Source of the DNA: Podarcis liolepis
Taxonomy: Eukaryota
NCBI GenBank assembly: GCA_965112155.1
Contig: OZ218101.1
DNA length: 64,000 nucleotides
Direction: 5' to 3' (one strand)
The translations under genes were made by a program, and so were the position numbers. The notes under the pieces are model-generated. The model was not told the DNA's origin and ran no database searches. It worked only from the letters and a program-made list of their open reading frames with translations. Below are positions 12,847 through 24,770 of the stretch, piece by piece. Each line of letters begins with the position of its first letter. The first letter of the stretch is position 1.

Positions 12847-15786
12847 TTGGTACAGCAAACTAAATATGACATAATAGGCATCACTGAAACCTGGTGGGAT
12901 AAGTCCCACTATTGGAATGTAATAATGGAGGGATACAATCTATTTCAGAGAAACAGACCAGACAAGAAAGGAGGAGGAGTGGCGTTATATGTCAGGGATG
13001 TGTATACCTGTGAAGAGATCCAAGATTTAGAACCTCAAAGCCAAAGTGAGAGCATTTGGGTCAAAATTAAGGGAGAGAAGAATAACAGTGACCTCATTGT
13101 GGGAGTTTACTATAGATCCCCAAGCCAAACGGAGGACATAGATGATGCCTTCCTGGAACAGATGGCCAAGCATGCAAAAGGAAGGGAGATAGTAGTAATG
13201 GGGGACTTCAATTACCTGGATATTTGTTGGATGTCAAACTCAGCCAAGAGCATAAGGTCAAACAGATTCCTCACTGGCCTTGCAGACAACTTCATTGTCC
13301 AGAAAGTGGGAGAAGCAACAAGAGGAACAGCCATTTTAGATCTGGTCCTAACCAATGTTGATGACCTGGTTAGTGGGGTAGAAGTGGAAGGATCATTAGG
13401 CGCGAGTGATCATGCTCTTCTGAAGTTTACTATACAGCGGAAAGGAGCAACCAAGCATACTAGGACTCAATTTCTTGACTTTAAGAAAGCCGACTTCATA
13501 AAACTTAGGGAAGTACTGGGTGAGATCCCATGGACAGTAATACTAAAAGGAAAGGGAGTTCATGATGGCTGGGAGTTTGTTAAGAGGGAGATAGTAAAAG
13601 CACAACTTCAGGCAATACCAATGAGACGGAAACATGGAAGGTGCCTAAAGAAGCCAGGGTGGCTATCTAAAGAACTTTTAACTGAGTTAAGATTAAAAAA
13701 GGATGTGTACAAAAAATGGAAAAGGGGGGAAACCACCAAAGAGGAATTCAAACAAATAGCCAGCACATGTAGACACAAAATCAGAAAAGCTAAAGCACAG
13801 AATGAACTCAGGCTTGCTAGAGAGGTTAAAAGCAACAAAAAAGGCTTTTATGGGTATGTCCGTAGCAAAAGGAAGGACAAAGAAACAGTGGGGTCACTCA
13901 GAGGAGAAGATGGTGAAATGCAAACAGGGGACACAGAAAGGGCTGAACTCCTCAATGCCTTCTTTGCCTCAGTCTTCTCCGATAAAGAAAACAATGCCCG
14001 ACCTGAAGAATTTGGAGCAAATGATTCAGCAGAGGAAACACAGCCCAGAATAACTAAGGAGATAGTACAAGAATACTTGGCTAGTTTAGATGTATTCAAG
14101 TCTCCAGGGCCAGATGAACTGCATCCAAGAGTATTAAAAGAACTGGCAGATGTGATCTCAGAACCACTGGCAGTCATCTTTGAGAATTCCTGGAGAACAG
14201 GCGAAGTCCCGGCAAACTGGAGGAGGGCAAATGTTGTCCCTATTTTCAAAAAGGGGAAAAGAGAGGACCCAAATAATTACCGCCCAGTCAGTCTGACATC
14301 AATACCAGGGAAGATTCTGGAGCAGATCATTAAGCAAACAGTCTGTGAGCACCTAGAAAGGAATGCTGTGATCACCAATAGTCAGCATGGATTTCTGAAA
14401 AATAAGTCATGTCAGACTAACCTGATCTCATTTTTTGACAGAATTACAAGCCTGGTAGATGAAGGGAACGCAGTGGATGTAGCCTAACTTGATTTCAGCA
14501 AGGCATTCGACAAGGTGCCCCATGATATTCTTGTAAAGAAGCTGGTAAAATGCGGTCTTGACTATGCTACCACTCAGTGGATTTGTAACTGGCTGACTGA
14601 CCGAACCCAAAGGGTGCTCATCAATGGTTCCTCTTCATCCTGGAGAAGAGTGACTAGTGGGGTGCCACAGGGTTCTGTCTTGGGCCCGGTCTTATTCAAC
14701 ATCTTTATCAACGACTTGGATGATGGACTCAAGGGCATCCTGATCAAATCTGCAGATGACACCAAACTGGGAGGGGTGGCTAACACCCCAGAGGACAGGA
14801 TCACACTTCAAAACGACCTTGACAGATTAGAGAACTGGGCCAAAACAAACAAGATGAACTTTAACAGGGAGAAATGTAAAGTATTGCACTTGGGCAAAAA
14901 AAAAATGAGAGGCACAAATACAAGATGGGTGACACCTGGCTTGAGAGCAGTACATGTGAAAAGGATCTAGGAGTCTTGGTTGACCACAAACTTGACATGA
15001 GCCAACAGTGTGATGTGGCAGCTAAAAAAGCCAATGCAATTCTGGGCTGCATCAATAGGAGTATAGCATCTAGATCAAGGGAAGTAATAGTGCCACTGTA
15101 TTCTGCTCTGGTCAGACCTCACCTGGAGTACTGTGTCCAGTTCTGGGCACCACAATTCAAGAAGGACACTGACAAACTGGAACGTGTCCAGAGGAGGGCA
15201 ACCAGAGGAGGGTAAGAGCTGTTCGGCAGTGGAATTTGCTGCCAAGGAGTGTGGTGGAGTCTCCTACTTTGGAGGTCTTTAAGCAGAGGCTTGACAACCA
15301 TATGTCAGGAGTGCTCTGATGGTGTTTCCTGCTTGGCAGGGGGTTGGACTCGATGGCCCTTGTGGTCTCTTCCAACTCTATGATTCTATGATTCTATGAT
15401 TCTATGATTCTATGATTCTATGATTCTATGATTCTATGATTCTATAACCAAAATGGTCAAAGGCCTGGAAACGATGCCTTATGAGGAACGGCTAAGGGAG
15501 CCTGGAGAAGAGGAGGTTAAGGGGTAATATGATAGCCATGTTCAAATATATAAAAGGATGTCACATAGAGGAGGGAGAGAGGTTGTTTTCTGCTGCTCCA
15601 GAGAAGCGGACACGGAGCAATGGATCCAAACTACAAGAAAGAAGATTCCACCTAAACATTAGGAAGAACTTCCTGACAGTAAGAGCTGTTCGACAGTGGA
15701 ATTTGCTGCCAAGGAGTGTGGTGGAGTCTCCTTCTTTGGAGGTCTTTAAGCAGAGGCTTGACAACCAGATGTCAGGAGTGCTCTGA
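12847..15786 (+). pseudogene. Disrupted CR1 ORF2
   Basis: 546-aa open frame ends at TAA 14485-14487 where [11 protein letters not shown] is expected; FADD motif reads SADD; frameshift at the A-run near 14896-14905; nested insertion at 15205-15445; probable short deletion near 15500. Confidence 0.9.
15205..15445 (+). mobile_element. Second, short CR1 3' end inserted within the first CR1
   Basis: Near-identical to 15679-15858; tail of ~8 ATTCTATG units; flanked by AACCA direct repeat (15200-15204 and 15446-15450); outer ORF resumes after it. Confidence 0.88.
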
Positions 15787-15858
15787 TGGTGTTTCCTGCT
15801 TGGCAGGGGGTTGGACTTGATGGCCCTTGTGGTCTATTCCAACTCTATGATTCTATGA

Positions 15859-16146
15859 TATCAGCCCTGAGTGCTCACTGGAAGGACAGATCCTGAAGCT
15901 GAGGCTCCAATACTTTGGCCACCTCATGAGAAGAGAAGACTCCCTGGAAAAGACCCTGATGTTGGGAAAGATGGAAGGCACAAGGAGAAGGGGATGACAG
16001 AGGATGAGATGGTTGGACAGTGTTCTCGAAGCTACCAGCATGAGTTTGACCAAACTGCTAGAGGCAGTGGAAGACAGGAGTGCCTGGCGTGCTCTGGTCC
16101 ATGGAGTCACGAAGAGTCAGACACGACTAAAGGACTAAGCAGCAAC
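15859..16146 (+). mobile_element. BovB/RTE LINE 3' fragment, 3' half
   Basis: ATCAGCCCTGAGTGCTCACTGGAAGG...GAGTCAGACACGACT 3' end; right TSD AAGTGACAG (16147-16155). Confidence 0.92.
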
Positions 16147-17122
16147 AAGTGACAGTGACTTACCTGTTGGAAGGTCAGGCAAACCTCTCTCCACCAACAC
16201 TACCATGCTGCCTGCTACAGCTTGAGCGCAGTCACTCAGAATATGGCTGGTGTGACAGTGGCCGCAGGCAAACCGCTTGCTCATGGAAACATACTGCATG
16301 TACCCCATCCTGTTGAAAAAGGGATGGGAAACCTGTGATCCTCCAAATGGACCACAACTCCCATCATCCCTGACCATTGGCCATACTGGCACTAATGGGA
16401 GTTGGAGTCCGACAACATCTAGAAGGCCGTGGGTTCTCCACGCTTGCCATAGGAAGACTGACTTGCCTTATGATTCAGTCCATTTGTGTGTAGGGTTAAA
16501 ATGTCAGCAATTTCCACCAAGTGGGTGGACATGCCATTGGTCTACAATCTCTTTTCATGAATGGTCTGGCTCATGTGCTTATACAGATGCGTATGGCATT
16601 TCAAATGTTTAAGCAGGCATAGGGATCCCATGGTTAGGAATGATTGTGGAATCCTTTTCTTTTTCTTTTTGCAAATTCTGGTATGAGTTGATGTGATCCA
16701 TACCTCCCCAAGGCAAGTGCAGACCTGACTCCAGTTATCCTTGGATTTCATCCTTCTCCAAATATTGCAGTGCATTGCTTGAACCAAAAATGGAGGGACC
16801 CAATCAAAATGCGTTTTAAATGCACATTTGATTAAAATACATTTAGAAATGCATTGTTTGAGAGAAAACAAAATTTTCAGGAATAAGTATTTAAATAAAT
16901 AAATATGTGCACATTTCCATGGAGATTTTTATGCACAAACAGGCTGGAACTACTTTTTGAATGAGTACAGGTGAAGAACATCCACTCCCACCCATCGTAA
17001 CAGTCAAGTCTGGGGTTTTTGGCTCAAAAGGATAATATGTTAGCAGGCAGCTATTATGTATATAAATTGCACTGTGTTGACTAGGCAATATTAAGAGTCA
17101 AGGAGCTATACAAGACCTAGAG

Positions 17123-17260
17123 CAGCCTTTCTCAACCTGTGGGTCCCCAGATGTTGTTGAACTACAACTCCCATCACCCCTAGCTAGCAAGGCCAGAGCT
17201 CAGGGATGATGGGAGTTGTAGTCCAACAACATCTGGGGATTCACAGGTTGAAAACCACTG
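17123..17260. mobile_element. ~138-bp hAT-like palindromic MITE
   Basis: Inverted ends; TSD ACCTAGAG/ATCTAGAG (7/8). Confidence 0.85.
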
Positions 17261-20200
17261 ATCTAGAGGAAAAGGCTGGAATATAAGAACAAGGCAGTAT
17301 CATGATCAAAGACTTGCATCCTCCTCCTCCTCAAAGACCTAAAGACCACCACTGTATGCATCCACCATTAACCCCTTCTTTAGTGCCCAAGGGTGAATGC
17401 AGTATTTTCATGAACTATTCATATTTTGTATATTAAGCTATCTTTCTAGCTGTGGTACTACCTGTATCTTTTGGGTTAAACAGTGGCTGGAGACATGCAA
17501 TGCAGTGAAAAGGCAGTTTGCCACTCTCAGTAGCCTCCAGATGAACGTCTATTGAAAGATAGAAGCCTCAGACAGTTTAAAAGATCTTAAGATGTCTATT
17601 CAGTTCCTTATTCATAATCATGCAGAAGAATGTTCCTGCAAAAAAAGAAGTCAAAGTCTGATTCATCCCATCATCAAAGAACAAACAACAACAAAAAAAT
17701 TCCTAACAGAAACATGTGGTTAATATTAAGTGACACTGGAAAGAATGTAGAAAAATCCATTCAAATCATGGATATAAAAACAAAAACTCAACTTTTGGAA
17801 GTATCAAAAAGATGACATTTGGGGGAATTTTGAAACCCACAGCATGGGTTAGGCTAAGAAAACTTAATCATGGGACAATTTTTTGATTTTTATTTATTTG
17901 AGGATGATGTCACAAGCCCTCTGCAGGTATTATTGATTTGCATTTGTGCTCTGATTGCGCAGCCTGAATTTGTACAGCTTGTTGTTGTCTCAGCAGTGAT
18001 ACGATGATTTCCAGCAAGCACAAGAAATTCTCCAGTGTTACGAGTTTTCAAACAAATTTTTGGAAGTAGTAATTGAAGCTAAGGACCAGGACTATCTGCA
18101 CTCTAATTCTGGGACAGAATAAGAGGAAATGCCAACTCTATGATTTTAGGAGAACCTAATTCACTAAGTCTGCAATAGGGAAATCATTTTTGGTGTGGAA
18201 TGGACATATTCCAGATAGGATCCATGACAGTTTATCCTCACTGTCAAAATTGGGAGGTGGAGGAAGGCCCCACATTTGGCAAAATAATAGCCCATCCCAG
18301 GACTTGTTGAGTTCAACGCTATCATCTGCTTTCAGTATCTGATTTCACCTACCTGGGATATGATGACACCTCTTTTTGGTCTAGAGAGATGATAGAGAGG
18401 GAATGTGTGTGTGTATCAACGCTTGCCTACTGTACAGCATAATGTGCATCTTCATTGCTCCACCCACAACCAGGTGCACCAACTCTATGGGGCTGAGGTG
18501 ACTTTGGCCCCCTCTATAACTGTTGGAAGGAGGCTGGGCCCCCTCAATGCTGAGGGGGTGGAGGAGGCCAAGTGTGGAGCCTAGTGTGGCATGGCTTCGT
18601 TGGCTGGCTACTCCTGAGTGCAAGAGAGGAAGAACCACCGAACGTTGGAGCCATGGCTTACTCCAAACCATGCAGTATCACACACATAACATCACATGTG
18701 TGCAATGTGCACAGGGCACATGACGTCACTCACATACAACGCATATCATAGCCTCTTAATCTTGGAAATTATTATTCTTATTCTTATTCCTTTGTATTCC
18801 ACCCATCTGACTGGGTTGCCCTAGCCATTTTAGGCTGCTGCCAACATATCGACTCCTCACACCCACACTGACATGTGGCTCCTGTAAGGCTCCCCATAAG
18901 TCAATGTGGCCGTCAGGCTGAAAAAAGGTTCCCCATTTAAAAATTTTGAAAGATGGAAATACGCCCAAGCAGAGTGCAACCTCTCCCCCCCCCCCACGAG
19001 CAACTACAGCCGGTCCCCACACCTGAGAGACTATTAAGGCGTTTTGCATGGGAAAATGGCATTTCTAGACAGATGAGGCGCTTGCTGCTTCTTTTCCTTC
19101 CATCGCTTCTGCTTTCTGAGCCTTTTTGCCATTCTCACGGTTCTCCTCAGAGCCCTCCCCAAATTGCAAACCTCCTTTCCCTGCTGTGACATCCAGGGCT
19201 GTACACAATACCCCGAACGGAGCCTTGCTTGCCATCACGGAGCAGCAGGAGGAGGCCGCTATTTCCCCAAGTCCTGGCACTGGTGTTGTTTGTGCCACCA
19301 ATCACCTCTCTAATGTCAGCTCTTTTTTAAAAAAAAGAAAAGAAAAGAAAAGTTTGAAGCTCAGAGTGACACTGGAAACTGATTAGCTGATTAATTTTCC
19401 TTAGCACATATCTAGCATGGAAAAAAGCATGGCATGCCTCAAGCGGTGTAAATGTCCCAATTAGATGCATGACTGATTTTGATTTGGTTCATTATTTATT
19501 CACTATGCCGGCTATAGGGCTTGCCGTCTGATTAAGTCTTTGGACACAACTCCATCCCAGTTGTGATTGTGGCGAACACTAAGCATACTTAAAAGCTCTG
19601 CTTTCTTACAGCCAGGCAGACATCAGCCATCTATTGGGAACCTGATGGATGTGTACAGGGGACGGGGGGGGGGGGGGAGAGAGGGACTCAGACAGATCTT
19701 CCCTCTGACTTCCAAACTGTGCTCCCACTGAGACATCGCACTGGAATGGGAGAGGAAGATTCCTACGTAGCCCTTCAGTTAAATTAATAAAGCCTGGTGA
19801 TAAAATAAAAGGGCTTTGTTTCTGAAAGTCCAGGTTCTATGTAACAGGGGTTCTAGGTCTAGTACAGTTTTTCTGCCTACTGGGGGTGGGGCGTGCTGGA
19901 ACAATCCATGGGGGTAGTAGTAGCCTTGGAGGCATTGAATAAAAATTTAACATAGAGTTAAATGTTACTGTGGTTGATTTTAATCAATAATATTATAATT
20001 TCAAGCTTCACATTTACAAATTCACTGCATCTTTCTGTTTGTTCGCTTAAAGAAGGTTTAAGTACTCAGATTTCCAGGGGGGGCACTGAGTTATTATTAT
20101 TTTTCCTGAAAAGGGGGTGGTAGGCCAAATAAATTGGGGGACCTTTGCTACAGAATGACTGTATTTTTTAAATACCTTCCTGATTTACATGGTTGTTGTG

Positions 20201-21631
20201 AGTAAGGAACGAAGAATCTCATCCTGGGCCACATTGTGCCCCTCTGAGACAAATTATCTTGCCTGGACATAATCGGAATATGGCAGTCGGAAACAGTGTC
20301 CGAGCGGAAATCCGGACATATGGACTTATGGCAACCCATGTCGGAAGTCTAGATTTTGGCAAATTGCCTTTAAAATATCTCAAAAACTGCTCAACCACTT
20401 TGCCCCTCCCCACACAACTATGCAAAAATATAAATATAAAATGTCAACCCTACCTTAGGGACTCTCCCCATACCATACCACCCAACATATTGAGTCCCAA
20501 AACCGGGATGTGTGTCTTTCCACCTGTGCTCCCATGTGAGTCATGTAAACTGTGCAAGATCATGGAGCCCAAAAGACATGTTTTTTTGGGGGGCATGCAT
20601 GCACAGCACAAAAAAATGTGTGTTTTGGGTCACTGTGCAAGATCGCAGGCCCCCCCAAAGCACTTTTTCAGGACAAAGTACTTTTTCAGGGTGACATCAG
20701 GGTGAAATCATGTGATATCACGGCACCCAAAATGGCCACCAAGGTCTCACATGAAAAAAACAGATGTCCCTTTTTTCCATGACACATGCAGGGGATGCCA
20801 TACTGTCCTGAATCACATCCCTCCTCAGTTCTGCTTCATATCCTCTTTCAGTGTTTTTACCCGTCCTTTAACACAAGCTTCTGGATTGCATAGATGGGGG
20901 CTAGAGCTGGATAAATGAGAAACTTGCCTTCATTGCTCTGGCCTCTTTTGCCACCAATGGGGCCTCCAGAAGATTGACCAGAAGTGAATATGGCCTTCAG
21001 GTTGAAAAAGTTTCCCCACCTCTACTGCAAGCGAATCTATGCAAGTGCTTTGGCTGCTGAGAAGTGCTACATAAATGCTATGTATTTTTTATTATTATAT
21101 TAAGAGTTGGTTAACCTAGTACGCTGTCTCATTCCAGAAGCTGAAATTGTCTGCTATGGTTGTTTCCCCCCCTTACTTTGATCCTTAAAAAAAGAAAAAA
21201 ACTTCTGTGAAAAAGACCGTAGGCTAAACTCTAGTTTTGACTTTATTTCATCTTCTGCTGCTGGTGCATATGGCTGATCACCAGCTTCGGGGCAATGAGA
21301 CTCTTACAGCAATTTCAAGGGTGTTCGCTGCAAACAATTCAGCAGAAAGAGCACTTTTAAAAACCTCTGAACTTGGTTCTTTTCACTCAGCAACAAGTGT
21401 GAGTAACAGATTGTGAAACAACAAGCAGGATGCCATGTTGGAGAGCCCAGTCCATGTTTTAGATTTGTTTCGGTTTGCTGGGTTCAGAAACAGCCCCAGT
21501 CCAGGTCTTGCACATAAGCTCTAGAGCAAGGCTTCGGAAACTTTTTCTCGCCATGGACCATTTGAAAATTGCTGGTGAGTTTGGCAGATTGCTTAATGAT
21601 TTTTCCTCCTGTTTATCCGTTGGGGCTAGAT

Positions 21632-21852
21632 CCGTGGTTCCCAACATAGGGCATATGCCCCACAGGGGGGCAATTTGATTTTTAAGGGAGGAAATTCAAG
21701 AATGAGTTAGACTAAGTTAATGGCCTTTTAGGCTTCCTCCACGTGAAGAAGAGTTCACGTTTTGAATAATAAGAATTATATGTCACGTGGGGGGCACCAG
21801 GATTTTAGAGATGCTTAGGTAGGGCATGGCCAAAAATGGTTCGGAACCACTG
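21632..21852. mobile_element. hAT-type non-autonomous transposon
   Basis: CCGTGGTTCCCAA ... TTCGGAACCACTG ends; perfect 8-bp TSD GGCTAGAT. Confidence 0.85.
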
Positions 21853-21880
21853 GGCTAGATGCTGTATGATTTTTAATTGG

Positions 21881-21911
<31 letters not shown>

Positions 21912-21912
<1 letters not shown>

Positions 21913-22050
21913 CACTCAGTCACTAGAGCATGAGAATCTTAATCTCAAATTCATAGATTCAAGCCTCACGTTGGGCAAAAGATTCCTCCATTGCAGGGGT
22001 CTGGACTAGATGGCCCTTGCAGTCCCTTCCAACTCTACAGTTCGGTAATT
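21912..22050 (+). mobile_element. Degenerate tRNA-derived SINE with CR1-like 3' end
   Basis: tRNA-like head (CTCAGTCACTAGAGCATGAG...TTCAAGCC) then GGACTAGATGGCCCTTGCAGTCCCTTCCAACTCT resembling the CR1 3'UTR at 15345-15380; preceded by (GA)n. Confidence 0.65.
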
Positions 22051-23522
22051 CTGTTTACTGGTTCTTTTATTTCTAATGTTGTATTTTAATGCATTGCCAT
22101 TCCAAACTGCCATACGAAGTGAGAAAAGCAATAAAGGCACAATTAAAAACCAATGAATATGTAATGTAAATGTGCTGCAAACCCCACTGGATGAAGGCCA
22201 ATGGACACACTTGGAGATTCACAGGCCGGATTGAGTGCCATTGCTCTAGAGAAACCAAGACTTGCGACAGTTGAAGGCATCTATTTCTGGTGGGCTTTTC
22301 CTCATGCCTTATGTTTCTTTGGGTTTGTTATAAAGAAAGCATTTTGGTCACCCTCCTTTGTGCCAAGGCTACATCTTACACATCACAAGTATGAAGCACA
22401 CCTTCTTTCTTTGTGTTCTTCATCTCCATGGAGATAAAGGGTGGGAGGAACTTTCTCTTAACTCTGTTTCATTTGGAGCGCTTCCATGGAAGATCTTCTC
22501 ATCTCTGCACCAACCGTGCGTTTTCTTCACTCTTCCACAGGAGTAGGACTTGCCGCTTTGTGTCCCAGATCTGCATCTAATCCTCTGAATTTCTGCAAAA
22601 ATCTTCTCATTATACTATCTGCCGGTGCCAGAATGAAACTATCCGCGCGACCCATGCTCAAGCCTTTGAGGGAAATAGTGCTGACTCAGATGCTTTTTTT
22701 TATCCTCAGCTGCTGTTATCTACTGTTTGAAAACTTGATGAATATCAAAATGAATTTCAACACAATACCCAGGAGCTGAATAAAGATGAAGATTGACTGA
22801 TACGACTGACAGATAGCTGATACCCATTAGAAAGACTACACACGCTCTAGACTCAGAGTAGAAGAGCAATACAATGGCCCTCACTGAGCTATTTGCCTGG
22901 GTCTCTCGGAGCAGATTACAGGGATAGGAAAAAGAGCTTTCCAGTGGAAAATATTGGCCACCTTGGTCATTCATCATTCACTATCACGTCCAATCCAATC
23001 ACATGCCAGGCTTATAATAAAGGGAGAAGTAAAGGTATTCCATGGAAGCCATCAACCTAATTCCGTGGACAGTATCTTGAGCTGTCATTTGCAATATTAT
23101 TTCTCAGAATTTTAGGTCAAATTGGTGTTTAGGGCTTCAAGCAGGTTTGAGGGAAGCTTTTTCAGACTGCGGGCTAGGCTCCCTTCTAGGCAAATCTCCA
23201 ATTGCCAGGAGGGGGCAGGTCCTGAAACCGCTAAGTGAATGGAGCAACAAATGTGCACCTTACATTTTTATTTACTTTACTTTTACTTAGCAACATTTAT
23301 ATACTGCGTGGTCGTCGCAAAACCTCGATGTGATTAACAAGAAACATTGGAACGACCCATTTTTAAAAGCAGTTAAAAACAATGTAAAACTGTTTCTTTC
23401 TTTTTTTTAACTTTAAAATTAATCATAAAATAGATTAAAACAGGTCAGCATCTTGGTGTCTGGGGAGGCACTGAAAAGAGTAGAGTGAAGATGCTTCAAA
23501 AGGAGGGATGTCTGAAGTGCAG

Positions 23523-23876
23523 GTAAAGGTAAAGGGATCCCTGACCATTAGGTCCAGTCGTGGCCGACTCTGGGGTTGCGGCGCTCATCTCGCTTTCTTG
23601 GCCGAGGGAGCCGGCGTACAGCTTCCGGGTCATGTGGCCAGCATGACTAAGCTGCTTCTGGCTAACCAGAGCAGTGCACAAAAACGCTGTTCACCTTCCC
23701 ACCAGAGCAGTACCTTTTTATCTACTTGCACTTTGACATGCTTTCGAACTGCTAGGCTGGCAGGAGCAGGGACCGAGCAATGGGAGCTCACCCTGTCGTG
23801 GGGATTCGAACCGCTGACCTTCTGATCGGCAAGTCCTAAGCTCTGTGGTTTAACCAACAGCGCCACCCACGTCCCA
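23523..23876 (-). mobile_element. Sauria SINE, full length
   Basis: Head, body and tail present; TSD CTGAAGTGCAG. Confidence 0.94.
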
Positions 23877-24149
23877 CTGAAGTGCAGACTGAACACTAAA
23901 ATATTGATTGTTATTTTTTTGCAACTGTACAAAGACTAGTTTTGTACACACATTTGCACGCCTCTCTATCCTCTATTTAGGCAAGCAGGAGGCATGGAGT
24001 ACAAGGACATCTTCCAGCCAGGTGCAAATACTCAATGTCAGGTGATGGGTGTGGCCTGGGGAGAAGTATGTGGATGAGGTAGAGATGTAGACTAGAGAGA
24101 GTCCTGAAGGCCAGGTGCAGGCTTGAGGTTCACCACCCATGTTTTAGAC

Positions 24150-24351
24150 GAGAGCTTTCCAAACTTTTCATATTGGTGACACACATTTAAGACGTGCGTT
24201 GTTTAGCAACACAGTAATTCAGTTTTACTAGCAAACCGGAGGTTAAACTAACCTATTTCCAGCCCCGGAGCTGAGGGAGTGTTTGCAAGACACACCTAGA
24301 CACTGCAGCCAACACACTAACATGTCACGACATGCAGTTTGGAAAGCTCTG
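24150..24351. mobile_element. hAT-type MITE
   Basis: TIR AGAGCTTTCCAAACT / AGTTTGGAAAGCTCT; TSD TTTTAGAC/GTTTAGAC. Confidence 0.85.
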
Positions 24352-24378
24352 GTTTAGACTATTCTGTAACAGGAATTA

Positions 24379-24770
24379 CCGTATTTTTCTGTGTATAAGA
24401 TGATGTTTTCTGCTATAAAAAAATTAGGCAAAAATGGGTGTCGTCTTATAAACGGATAGTGAATGCAGAGGGGGGACGTGCAATTGATTGGCAGTGGCAA
24501 TTGGGCAGGTGATTGGTGGCTGCAGCAAGGGGGTGGGTGGGCTGTTGGTGGTGGTGAGTGGGCAGAGAATTGGCAGTTGTGGCAAGGTGTGCGATTGGCT
24601 GTGGCTGTGGCAAGTGATCGGCAGTGGCAGGCAGGCAGTTGAATGATTGGTGGAAGTGACCTCCCCCGCCCCCACCCCAAAACTAAACAATTTAATTTCT
24701 TAATTTTGGGTTAAAAAAACCCCAGGGGTCGTCTTATATATGGGGGCGTCTTATACATGGAAAAATATGG
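24379..24770. mobile_element. Tc1/mariner-superfamily MITE
   Basis: TA-CCGTATTTTTC..TGTATAAGA / TCTTATACATGGAAAAATATGG-TA termini with TA TSD. Confidence 0.8.

Larger units (their letters stand above)
12820..15858 (+). mobile_element. CR1 LINE with near-complete ORF2 (APE endonuclease + reverse transcriptase), 5'-truncated (no ORF1)
   Basis: GITETWW, GVYYRSP, MGDFNY, SDH endonuclease motifs; [30 protein letters not shown] motifs; 3'UTR ending in (ATTCTATG)n. Confidence 0.97.

Noticed and set aside
12847-14487. 546-aa ORF as a host gene or novel RT system
   Set aside because: Canonical CR1 ORF2 with downstream inactivating lesions and no promoter or splice context.
15377-15445. (ATTCTATG)n array as a CRISPR-like or novel repeat
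   Set aside because: No spacers; this is the standard octamer tail of CR1 LINEs.
23496-23932. Recurrent TCTLTCFRTARLAGAG peptides as a gene family
   Set aside because: Antisense translations of Sauria SINE copies.
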